Source: Alphaproteobacteria bacterium | GTDB taxonomy: Bacteria > Pseudomonadota > Alphaproteobacteria > UBA8366 > GCA-2717185 | DNA length: 64,000 bases | Direction of reading: 5' to 3' | Assembly (NCBI GenBank): GCA_028822585.1 | Contig: JAPKDL010000001.1 | Coordinates: forward strand, 65,407 to 129,406 | Shown: positions 27,396 to 36,396 of the stretch, one piece after another | Layout of the letters: the number at the start of each line of letters is the position of its first letter | Numbering within the stretch: position 1 is the stretch's first letter | Notes under the pieces: model-generated | What the model saw: the letters and a program-made list of their open reading frames with translations, nothing else | The model's database searches: none | What the model was told of the DNA's origin: nothing | Made by a program: the position numbers and the translations under genes

Positions 27396-28256
27396 TCAGG
27401 GTTCTGCGGGCGGAACCACATAGCCAGATTTTTGACCCTGCAAGGTCGTACGCAACATGTGGCGCGGCTGGGAGGGATCGAAATCACCCAGCGCCAGATG
27501 CATTGTCGTGCGATTGTCCCAAGACACAAGATCGCCGACCCGCCATTGATGGCGATAGACGTTTTCCGGGCGGGTGGCGTGGCGGCACAGATAGTCGATG
27601 ATCGGCGCGCTTTCCGCCCGGCTCATGCCATCGAAATGAGACGTGCGTTCGCTGACATAAAGCGCCTTCACGCCGCTGTCCGGATGGGTTCGCACACAGG
27701 GATGCGCGATGGGTGGATTCACTTTCAGCAATTCGACCATTTTCGCGGGATCGCGTTTTGCGGCACCCGACACAAGGGTGAAGTCGTATACTGATTGAAA
27801 GTCGTCAACGACACTTTTCATTTTGTCCGACAAGTCGTCATAGGCGCGGGCCATATTGCAAAACATGGTGTCGCCGCCCACGGGTGGCTTTTCGGTGCAA
27901 TAGAGCATCGACGCGGCGGCGGGACGCCCGGTATAGGAATAGTCAGAGTGCCAGTTCCGGCCGGCGTTCCGGCTTTGTGACGGTTGCCCCTTCTTTGGCT
28001 TGTTTGTGACTTCGAGAAGTTCGGGATGACCGTCAAGCCGTTCGTGCGGCGTCGCGGCGTGGTCATCAAGCGCACCAAACCGCAGTGAAAACGCGATGTG
28101 CTGTGCTGGCGTCAGCTCGAGGCCGCGAAATACGATGACATGGTGTTCCCGCCACGCGTCATGGATCGCCTCGACCTCTGAATTGGAGAGGTCGCCAACG
28201 ATGTTAACACCGTAAATTTCGGCGCCAAGCGCATGCGATAGCCGGTTCGTTTCCAT
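27396..28256 (-). CDS. TauD/TfdA family Fe(II)/2-oxoglutarate-dependent dioxygenase (paralogue 3)
   Basis: WHSDYSY (HxD) and the C-terminal WDNRTTMH. 286 aa. Confidence 0.9.
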   Translation of the reverse strand: METNRLSHALGAEIYGVNIVGDLSNSEVEAIHDAWREHHVIVFRGLELTPAQHIAFSLRFGALDDHAATPHERLDGHPELLEVTNKPKKGQPSQSRNAGRNWHSDYSYTGRPAAASMLYCTEKPPVGGDTMFCNMARAYDDLSDKMKSVVDDFQSVYDFTLVSGAAKRDPAKMVELLKVNPPIAHPCVRTHPDSGVKALYVSERTSHFDGMSRAESAPIIDYLCRHATRPENVYRHQWRVGDLVSWDNRTTMHLALGDFDPSQPRHMLRTTLQGQKSGYVVPPAEP

Positions 28257-28258
28257 GT

Positions 28259-29179
28259 TTAACCGACCTCCGCATGGATCCTGTCGTGCAAGACTTGCAA
28301 GGCGTCTAAGATAGCGTCAACGCTGCGCGCGCCCGACTGAAAAACCGCTGTCGCGTTCAACGCGACGCTATCGAAGCCCATTGCTTTGAGATCGGCGGCG
28401 CGGGCCGCCACCCGGTCGGGTTCGGCGTAGAACGTTTTGCCTTGTTCGTCGCCGGGCCGAGGCGGCGAGGCGATCATGCTCTGCCAGCCAATTGCGTCCG
28501 GGTTGCGCCCGGCGGTGACCGCGGCTTCACGGATAGCGTCCATGGATCGTTTTGCGAAATCCGCATCGGTTACCCGGCTCGCCAACCAACCGTCGCCGTA
28601 TTTACCAACTCGCCGGAACGCTGGTGGCGTGTTGCCGCCCACCCAAATTGGCAGATCTGCGCCTTGCGGAGATTTAGGCTCCATCGCCATGGCTTCGGCG
28701 CTGTAATAGGTGCCGTCGAAATCAATCTGTTCGTCCCGCCAACACGCCCGGATGAAATCAATCGCTTCATCCGTCCGTTTGCCACGGTCCTTGAAATTTT
28801 CATCCAACGCGTCAAATTCCGAGGCTTGCCAACCAACGCCAACGCCAAGCCGCGCCCGGCCACCAGACAGCAAGTCGAGCGTGCTGAATTGCTTGGCCAC
28901 CAGAGCGGGTTGGCGTTGCGGCAACACCAGAACTTCCGTGCCAAGACCGATCCGTTCGGTGACGGCGGCGGCGAAAGACAACATTGCCACCGCTTCAAGG
29001 ACGGGCATTTTGGCGGTGTAGTATGATTTATCGCGGCCCTCGATATCGTATCCCATGATGACATGGTCATAGATATCGAGTTGATCATAGCCGATGTCCT
29101 CAACGCCTTTGGCCATCCGCGCCACTTGTGCGGGACCTTCGCGATAGGAGATGGCGGGAAATTCAACGACCAGTTTCAT
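28259..29179 (-). CDS. LLM-class F420/flavin-dependent oxidoreductase
   Basis: 306 aa with LDLLSGGRARLGVGVGW, typical of luciferase-like oxidoreductases. It lies 2 nt upstream of the TauD paralogue. Confidence 0.8.
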   Translation of the reverse strand: MKLVVEFPAISYREGPAQVARMAKGVEDIGYDQLDIYDHVIMGYDIEGRDKSYYTAKMPVLEAVAMLSFAAAVTERIGLGTEVLVLPQRQPALVAKQFSTLDLLSGGRARLGVGVGWQASEFDALDENFKDRGKRTDEAIDFIRACWRDEQIDFDGTYYSAEAMAMEPKSPQGADLPIWVGGNTPPAFRRVGKYGDGWLASRVTDADFAKRSMDAIREAAVTAGRNPDAIGWQSMIASPPRPGDEQGKTFYAEPDRVAARAADLKAMGFDSVALNATAVFQSGARSVDAILDALQVLHDRIHAEVG

Positions 29180-29193
29180 GGTTTATCTCCAGT

Positions 29194-29979
29194 TTAGGTC
29201 CGCCAATCCGTACCGACGGCGCGTTCCAGCTTACGGATCATCGCGGGCCATTGCTGGTTCTTGGCGGCGGAACCGCCGGCACCGAACAGCTTCTTACCCA
29301 TCATGATGGTGTAGTCCTGGACCTCCTGCGATGGCAGTTGAAGTTCGCGGCCACAGCTTAGAATATCCACTTGATATTGGCAGGCGGTCTCCATGCGGAA
29401 CATCCAGAAAAACGCTTCCGCGATTGTTTCCCCAACCGTAAGAAGCCCGTGGTTGCGTAGAACCAAGACCCGCCCGTCGTCAAGATGCTTCACAAGGCGT
29501 TCGCGTTCATCATGATCCAAGGCGACTGATTCGTACTCATGGTACTTAACGAAGCCCAACACGGTCAGTGCTTTTTGATGATACGGGAGTAATCCTTCCT
29601 TCATACAAGCTACGGCGTTTCCCGCGCGGGTATGGGTGTGAAGCACGGCGTTTAGCTTTGTCTCCGACATATGAATGGCGGAATGAATGGTGAAGCCAGC
29701 CGGGTTGATAGGATAGTCGCTGTCGCCAATCGTGTTGCCGTCCTCATCGACTTTGATGAGGGAGGACGCGGTGATCTCGCCAAAGAGTACGCCATAGGGA
29801 TTGAGTAGGAAATGATCTGTGCCGGGCACGCGAAGCGAAATGTGCGTGCCGAAAAGATCGCTCCAGCCATAATGTTCCACCAGTTGGTAACAGGCTGCGA
29901 GGTCGCATCGCGCCTCCCATTCTTCCGGGCTGTATCCACTTGGCACTTGACCGTATTTGCTGAGACCTGCTGACGACAT
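29194..29979 (-). CDS. Class II aldolase/adducin family protein
   Basis: The HTHT motif region (AVLHTHTRAGNAV) and the 261 aa length fit this family. Confidence 0.85.
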   Translation of the reverse strand: MSSAGLSKYGQVPSGYSPEEWEARCDLAACYQLVEHYGWSDLFGTHISLRVPGTDHFLLNPYGVLFGEITASSLIKVDEDGNTIGDSDYPINPAGFTIHSAIHMSETKLNAVLHTHTRAGNAVACMKEGLLPYHQKALTVLGFVKYHEYESVALDHDERERLVKHLDDGRVLVLRNHGLLTVGETIAEAFFWMFRMETACQYQVDILSCGRELQLPSQEVQDYTIMMGKKLFGAGGSAAKNQQWPAMIRKLERAVGTDWRT

Positions 29980-30019
29980 GGGTATTCCTCTCGATTTCGA
30001 AATTAGACTAAGGTTTAGG

Positions 30020-31231
30020 TTACGCCGACTTGGCGTTGTCGGGAATGGTTAGGGAAATAACGGCGGCGATGATTATGGCGCCGGACAGAATTTGGAAGAC
30101 GTATTCAAGCCCCCAGGCGTCGGCGATGAGCCCGCCCAGGATCGGCACGGCCATAGCGAACAAGGATTGCGTCCCGAACAACAGGCTAACCATCGATCCA
30201 CCAAGTTGTGGCGGCGTCATATCCAACGCCCAGCTTTGCAAAACAGGGCGAACGGCGAAGACAAACACGCCTGATAAGCCTACGACCACAAGAAGGACTG
30301 GCAACGATTCAATCCACGGTAAGGTGAACATGATGATGGCGGAACCGATGAAGCCTATCATAAGGATTGGCCGACGCCCAATCCGGTCGGAAAGAATACC
30401 TGCAAAGGGCGTGGTTACGGCACCGGTGGCTTGTGAAACCATAACCAGGACGCCTAGCCAAAACGGATCAGAATCGAAGGCGGTGACGAAATACAATGGT
30501 AAAAAGGTACGCAGTCCAACTTGGGAGGTGCCCCGAAAGCCGGACATTATGCAAACCTTCCAGGTGTTCGCCTGACAAATTAGCCCGCGCATCCCGATCA
30601 TATAGGCGCGCATGCCCCCATGGCGAGAGCTGACGGGGTTGGACGCCCCGGTCCGACCGAATACCAAAAGCATCAAACATGCGCCGATGAGCGGAACGGT
30701 GCCGCCCGCCGCCGCTGTCCCCTGCCAACCGATAATTGAAATCATCACGCCCGCCGCCATGGGTGCCGCCGCGTCGCCGATGCTCGCGCCGACCGTATGA
30801 AAGGACAACGCCAATCCGCGCCGATCCGCATAGGCCGATGACAGAAATGAAATGGCTGCAGGGTGCCATAATGTATTCATCGCGCCAACGATGCCGATGA
30901 ACACGGCAAGCATCCAGAATTCTGTTGCCCATCCTATGGCGATCAAGGCAAAGCCGCAAAAAACCAAAGCCGTAAGTTGGCACAGACTGCCCTTGCCGGT
31001 GACATCGACAAGCACGCCGCTGGGGATGTTGATGGCGAAGGCGCAGGCATGGACGATGGACGCAAGCATGCCAATTTCAGCATAGCTCATGCCGTACTCA
31101 TCCTTAATGAATGGCAGTAGCAGATAGAAAATCGCCAGGCTCCAATGCAAGGAGCCGTGCGACCCGGCGATGACAAATAGTGGCGCGCGGTCTCGCCAGC
31201 CCAGGGGGCTTTGCGCTTCGGCTGTACTCAT
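30020..31231 (-). CDS. MFS transporter (12-TMS type)
   Basis: 403 aa and highly hydrophobic, with an MFS loop 2-3-like motif (DVTGKG / DRIGRRP). Confidence 0.85.
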   Translation of the reverse strand: MSTAEAQSPLGWRDRAPLFVIAGSHGSLHWSLAIFYLLLPFIKDEYGMSYAEIGMLASIVHACAFAINIPSGVLVDVTGKGSLCQLTALVFCGFALIAIGWATEFWMLAVFIGIVGAMNTLWHPAAISFLSSAYADRRGLALSFHTVGASIGDAAAPMAAGVMISIIGWQGTAAAGGTVPLIGACLMLLVFGRTGASNPVSSRHGGMRAYMIGMRGLICQANTWKVCIMSGFRGTSQVGLRTFLPLYFVTAFDSDPFWLGVLVMVSQATGAVTTPFAGILSDRIGRRPILMIGFIGSAIIMFTLPWIESLPVLLVVVGLSGVFVFAVRPVLQSWALDMTPPQLGGSMVSLLFGTQSLFAMAVPILGGLIADAWGLEYVFQILSGAIIIAAVISLTIPDNAKSA

Positions 31232-31253
31232 TCAGATCGTCCAGATTTTTATA

Positions 31254-31667
31254 TTATTCAGTTTCTTCTTCCGGAATCAGCGACAACGATGCTGAATTCA
31301 TGCAATATCGCAATCCGGTTGGCGCTGGTCCGTCAGGGAAAACGTGCCCCAGATGTGAATCGCAACGTGCGCACAGGGCTTCGACGCGGCGCATGAAAAG
31401 GCTGTTGTCTTCTTCTTCTTCGACAGCCTCCGGCGCGACCGGCGCATAAAAACTGGGCCACCCCGATCCGGAATCGAATTTAGCGTTGGAGGAAAATAGT
31501 GGCGCGCCACAACCAGCGCACGCATAGACGCCTTTGTCTTTGCAGCCATCATAGATTCCAGTGAAGGGGGGCTCGGTGCCCTTTTCCCGGCAGACATGAT
31601 ATTCCGCCGGCGTTAATTTTTCGCGCCATTCTGCGTCCGTTTTTACAATTTTATTGGTGTCCGCCAT
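31254..31667 (-). CDS. msrB: Peptide-methionine (R)-S-oxide reductase
   Basis: The zinc-site CxxC pairs ([21 protein letters not shown]), GWPSF and the catalytic RYCMNS are all present. 137 aa. Confidence 0.9.
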   Translation of the reverse strand: MADTNKIVKTDAEWREKLTPAEYHVCREKGTEPPFTGIYDGCKDKGVYACAGCGAPLFSSNAKFDSGSGWPSFYAPVAPEAVEEEEDNSLFMRRVEALCARCDSHLGHVFPDGPAPTGLRYCMNSASLSLIPEEETE

Positions 31668-32230
31668 CTTTCATCCTCTCGGCACCCGAGCAGCGGCGCA
31701 CCGTTATAGGTTCGCGCACTGTCAAGAAACCCATGCATTTAATTGTTAACGATACCAAGTTCGTCAAGGTGGGACACGGTGTTTGTCAAATTATTCCGCC
31801 CAACGGCCTAAAGGTCCTGCCGCTACAGCCCTGTTAGCGCTATGTGTTGCGAACCGGTTGCGCTGTTGGCGGGTGGCTTGGTCTTATTACAATATAAGGT
31901 GGCGACGAGGGCCAAACACGCAGCGGTGATGGCGGCCGCAAGTCAATTCGGTGCCACAGCAATCAAAACAATCAACAGGCCGACGCTCATCGTCGACAGC
32001 GCCATGCACTCTGCGCGCTGCAGAATAACGCCGTGCTGGGACCAAGCCGCAAGAGGTGCCTCCATTTAGGATGATTGTACAGCCAGGCCCGGCATCGTGG
32101 CGAGCTGCGCGATAATGCTTACAAGGCGATCAATAGAAACACGGTTGTCGGCATGCCCGGCACGACTGCGCCAATCCTGCCCAGGCCGACATGCGTCGAC
32201 CCGCATACAATAACTGCATAGCGCGTTAGG

Positions 32231-32246
32231 CCCTTTAATTAAAGGG
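32231..32246. repeat. Perfect 16 bp palindrome CCCTTTAATTAAAGGG
   Basis: Read directly from the sequence. It lies in the roughly 700 bp stretch between the acyl-CoA dehydrogenase gene and msrB that has no confident gene. Confidence 0.5.
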
Positions 32247-32375
32247 ATCGAAGGCGTGTCGATTGTCGGATCCTGATCGGTCGCCACATTCATGTGCCTT
32301 CACCCAATTCATTTCTGGCGGTTAAGTGCCAGGGCATAAAAGCAGATAGGGGTTAACGATGGTTTAACGCGATGA

Positions 32376-33590
32376 TCACGGATTTTTTGCGCGTGGCATG
32401 TTCATGTATCCGTCGCGGCGTTGCGGCAGTTTCTTGCCTAATATACGGGACGCGACGACGGTGCGGAGAATTTGAGTCGTGCCGCCGCCGATGGTGAACA
32501 TTCGCGCGTCGCGCACCATACGTTCCAGCGGGTTGTTGCGGGAATAGCCGCTGGCGCCAAAAACCTGTAACGCGTCATTGGCGACCCGGATCGCCATCTC
32601 CGAGGTGAATATTTTCGCCTGCGCAGCTTCGTTGGCGTCGGGGAAGCCCGCGCCCGCCTTGCCTGCGGCCTTGTAACAAAGCGCCTCGGCGGCGGCCAAC
32701 TGGACCGACATATCCGCTAAAATCCACTGCAATCCCTGGAATTCATCGATAGGGCGGCCAAATTGTTCGCGGGTGTGGCTGTACTCCAGCGCTAATTCAT
32801 AGGCGCCTTGCGCGATCCCGAGCGCGACCGCTGCGGCTCCGACCCGTTGGCTGTTATAGGCGTTCATCAGTCCAGCGAATCCGCGACGCAATCCTTCGGG
32901 TGGGATGATCATCATCGATTCGGCAATTTCCAAATCCTCGAAATAGATTTCCGCTTCCGGAATGCCGCGTAGCCCCATGGTCGGTTCTCGATCGCCGATG
33001 CGCAGGCCTTTGGGTGTTTGCGTATTTGGATCACGAACGGCGAGAAACCCTGCGATTCCGTTTTCCATGCCGTTTTCAAAAACGCGCGCGAAGATCAAAT
33101 GAAGCCGTGAGACGCCGCCACCGGTAATCCAGTGTTTCTTACCGTTTATAATGTACGCATCGCCTTTCTTGTCGGCGCGGGTCGTCATTTCGCTAGCGGC
33201 GCTACCTGCGTCCGGTTCGGTGATGCAAATTGCGGGTTTGTCGCCGGACAGGACGATTTCAGCCGCCATTTTGCGTTGCGCGTCGTCACCGTATTTCATG
33301 ACCGCGCTGATTGCCCCCATGTTGCATTCGACGGCGATGCGTCCGGTAACGCCACAGACTTTCGCCATTTCCACAATTAGAATCACGGCGTCCAGAAAGG
33401 AACGGCCCTGTCCACCGAGTTCCTTGGGAATTGTGATGCCGATAAACCCAGCGTCCTTCAATGCTTGGACATTATCCCAGGGATATTGTTCGGTTCGGTC
33501 AACTTCAGCGGCGCGGGGTGCGATGACATTTTGCGCCAGATCGCGGGCGCGGGCTTGGAAGTCGATTTGATCCTGACTTAATTGGTACAT
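32376..33590 (-). CDS. Acyl-CoA dehydrogenase family protein
   Basis: Typical ACAD motifs are present (FGRPIDEFQGLQW, the C-terminal GGGTTQILR). The start was trimmed to ATG 33590 (MYQLSQDQIDFQ), giving 404 aa. Confidence 0.9.
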   Translation of the reverse strand: MYQLSQDQIDFQARARDLAQNVIAPRAAEVDRTEQYPWDNVQALKDAGFIGITIPKELGGQGRSFLDAVILIVEMAKVCGVTGRIAVECNMGAISAVMKYGDDAQRKMAAEIVLSGDKPAICITEPDAGSAASEMTTRADKKGDAYIINGKKHWITGGGVSRLHLIFARVFENGMENGIAGFLAVRDPNTQTPKGLRIGDREPTMGLRGIPEAEIYFEDLEIAESMMIIPPEGLRRGFAGLMNAYNSQRVGAAAVALGIAQGAYELALEYSHTREQFGRPIDEFQGLQWILADMSVQLAAAEALCYKAAGKAGAGFPDANEAAQAKIFTSEMAIRVANDALQVFGASGYSRNNPLERMVRDARMFTIGGGTTQILRTVVASRILGKKLPQRRDGYMNMPRAKNP

Positions 33591-33788
33591 GAAGCTTGGG
33601 CCTTGTTGTTCGGGTTGTTGACGGGCGAACCGAGATCCGACCTTTGTCGATGACTTATACACGCGGCAACAATTTGTACATCGCCCGCGTCCCTGATTGC
33701 TGCAAGGTCTCGACTTTTGTGCCTCAGCGGCGTAATTCACGCACATATACATGAAGCGAATTTGGTTTGCGACGGGAAGGCACCATAC

Positions 33789-34542
33789 ATGCGAAATTAC
33801 AAATTAGCCGCAATCCCCGTTGATGGTATCGGTCCGGAAGTGATCGACGCCAGGATTAAAGTGCTAAAGGCACTACAGGCGTGCAGATGCGATTTCCAAA
33901 TTTCGTTGCAGCACTTTTGATTGGGGCTCGGACTATTACCGACGTAATGGGCGGATGATGCCGGAAAACGGACTCGATCAAATTCGCAATATGGATGCGA
34001 TTTACTTTGGCTCCGCAGGTGCCCCGGACGTTCCTGATCACATCACCTTATGGGGGTTTCGGTTGGCCATCTGCCAGGGTTTCGATCAATACGCCAACGT
34101 CCGACCGGCGCGCGTTTTGCCCGGCGTGTCGTGTCCGCTGGCGGGATATGGACCCGGTGATGTCGACTGGATCATCGTGCGGGAAAATTCCGAAGGCGAA
34201 TATGCCGGGGTCGGAGGCCGGGCGCATCAGGGACATGATGCGGAAGTTGGCATGGATGTGGCGGTGTTCACCCGCAGCGGCGTTGAACGGATCGCCCGGC
34301 TCGCCTTTGATCTGGCGCGTACCCGGCCGCGAAAGTTATTGACGATGGTGACGAAGTCAAATGCACAACGTCATGGTATGGTGATGTGGGACAGTGTCTT
34401 TGAAAAGGTGCGCCTGGATTATCCCGACGTGACGATGGATAAAATGTTGGTCGACGCGACGCCGGCCGATTTGGGTGGAACGGCGACCACGGCGGATGTG
34501 ACTTCTGCAGTGATCGCGGCGATCAATCAGGAAAACGAATAA
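33789..34542 (+). pseudogene. Tartrate dehydrogenase / isopropylmalate-dehydrogenase-like gene with a frameshift and an internal deletion
   Basis: MRNYKLAAIPVDGIGPEVI... stops at TGA 33918-33920 inside a TTTT run (33915-33918). The family sequence continues in the next frame (DWGSDYYRRNGRMMPENGLDQ...VRENSEGEYAG...). After ...DKMLVDA (about 34458) it jumps directly to the extreme C-terminal motif TPADLGGTATTADVTSAVIAAI. The combined length is about 250 aa, whereas I recall about 360 aa as typical for this family. Confidence 0.6.
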
Positions 34543-34555
34543 GCGTTGGCAAGAC

Positions 34556-36172
34556 ATGGCGAGCAAAAAACACATTGAACGGATTGAGGCCGCGCTCGGC
34601 GCCGGCGACATTCAACGCGCTCTTAAAATGTGTGACGCGCGGTTGCGGAGCCGCCCTGGCGATTCTGCAATCAAGCTTTTACAAGGGCGCGCGCTTCTGG
34701 CCGCTGGGGAATTTCAAGCGGTCGTAGACAGCCTTGCGGCGTTAACCGTGCAGTCAACGGCATCGGCGGATGCATTCTTAATGCATGCCTTTGCACTTGT
34801 TCAGATGGAACGGACAGAAGCGGCGTTTGATTTGGTTAAATCCGGATTGACCGCGCACCCTGCACATGGCGAATTGCTTCAATACGCTGGATTGTTGACG
34901 GATCAATTAACCCAACCTGTGGAGTCCGAAGTCTATTTTCGGAAATTGACGGCATTGGAGCCGGAACGTGGCGATGCGCATCTGGGGTTGGGCAATGCAT
35001 TGCAACGCCAGGGCCGGGATGATGAGGCGCTCGGTTCTTATAAGGCGGCGGCGGCGGTGGATCCAGGAAACCCGGCGCCCCTGGTGAATGTCGCAAATTT
35101 GCTGGGGAAGCAGAACGACCAACCCGGCGCGCAAGCCGCATATAGGGAAATATTGGAATCCTTCCCCGAACGGCGCGACGTCAGTGCAAATTTAGGCGCG
35201 TCACATGTGCTTTCCCGAGACTATGAGGCCGCCGTGGCGGCGTTCGATGCTTACCTTCAGGCGTTTCCAGATGATTTTGAGGCATCGTTGTCGCGGGCGA
35301 AGGCGATGTTGAAAGGTGGAGATGCCGCGGAATCGGCGCGTGCTCTTGCTGGGATGATGACCCGCTTTCCCGACAACCCCAAAGTCTGCCCCGAACTCAT
35401 CAACGCCTGTCTGTCTATGGGAGAGCCGACAGCGGCGATATCGTATCTCGACGCCTATCTGAAACGGTTTCCGAAATCGGCGGATGCGTATTCCAGCGTG
35501 CCTATTCTTCATGCAGCGCTGCATCCCGGGAATTCCGAAGACGGCGTGGCGGCATTGGAGGCGGAAATTAAGGCTTATGATTTAACGTTACCGCCACATT
35601 ACGCCGATACGCCAGCGTTTTTTGACGCTGTATGTACCGCGGTTTATGCGCATCCTAGTCTGATGGATGCGCCGCCGGAACACGCCACACGGGCGGGATT
35701 GCACACGGGTGACCTCGCCAAGGTGCCCGTGGCGCCCGCCATCGCTGACCTCATTAGTGCAATAAAGGGGTGTGTGCATGATTATGCGGAATCGGACGCG
35801 GGTCGCGGCAATCGTTTTTTCGATGGACTGGATCTGGCGACGGCAGGCTTAAACATGTGGGCGGTGGTCATGCGGGAAGGGGGCCATCAGGAACCGCATA
35901 TTCATCCAACGGCCCGAATTAGCGGCGTTGTGTACGGAAAGGTGCCGGATTCCATTCAAGAAAACGTAGCGCGAGGCGGCAATACGCGTGCCGGTTGGAT
36001 TGAATTCGGTCGCCCCCACGCGGATTTCCATCAGCCGGAGTCATTACCTGTGACCTTAATGCAACCGGTGTTGGGGCGGATCGTTCTTTTCCCATCCTAT
36101 ATGTATCATGCGACCGTACCCTTAAACGGAACAGAACACCGCATAAGTTTGGCGTTTGATATCGTGGGGTGA
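34556..36172 (+). CDS. TPR-repeat protein with a C-terminal 2OG-Fe(II) oxygenase-like domain
   Basis: The N-terminal ~300 aa are Ala/Leu-rich TPR-like repeats. The C-terminus has HIHPTARISGVVYG...RIVLFPSYMYHATVPLNGTEHRISLAFDI, an HxH...H double-stranded beta-helix pattern of the putative 2OG-Fe(II) oxygenase family. Confidence 0.75.
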   Translation: MASKKHIERIEAALGAGDIQRALKMCDARLRSRPGDSAIKLLQGRALLAAGEFQAVVDSLAALTVQSTASADAFLMHAFALVQMERTEAAFDLVKSGLTAHPAHGELLQYAGLLTDQLTQPVESEVYFRKLTALEPERGDAHLGLGNALQRQGRDDEALGSYKAAAAVDPGNPAPLVNVANLLGKQNDQPGAQAAYREILESFPERRDVSANLGASHVLSRDYEAAVAAFDAYLQAFPDDFEASLSRAKAMLKGGDAAESARALAGMMTRFPDNPKVCPELINACLSMGEPTAAISYLDAYLKRFPKSADAYSSVPILHAALHPGNSEDGVAALEAEIKAYDLTLPPHYADTPAFFDAVCTAVYAHPSLMDAPPEHATRAGLHTGDLAKVPVAPAIADLISAIKGCVHDYAESDAGRGNRFFDGLDLATAGLNMWAVVMREGGHQEPHIHPTARISGVVYGKVPDSIQENVARGGNTRAGWIEFGRPHADFHQPESLPVTLMQPVLGRIVLFPSYMYHATVPLNGTEHRISLAFDIVG

Positions 36173-36396
36173 CAGGTTTGCATTCCGTTGGAGGCGATCG
36201 AAATAAAGGGGGCATGACCTTAGTGTGGCAATAATGCAACATTGTTTTGCAGACTCGGAATCTGCTCGTGTGTTAAGTTGACAGTCGATAGGGCGTGATC
36301 ATAGTTTCATCACATAGTCATAAGGTCCGTTGGGACTGAACGGGCTCTAGGCATGTTGCCGATTTAAATTATAATTAACAGGTTTGGAGAAATATC

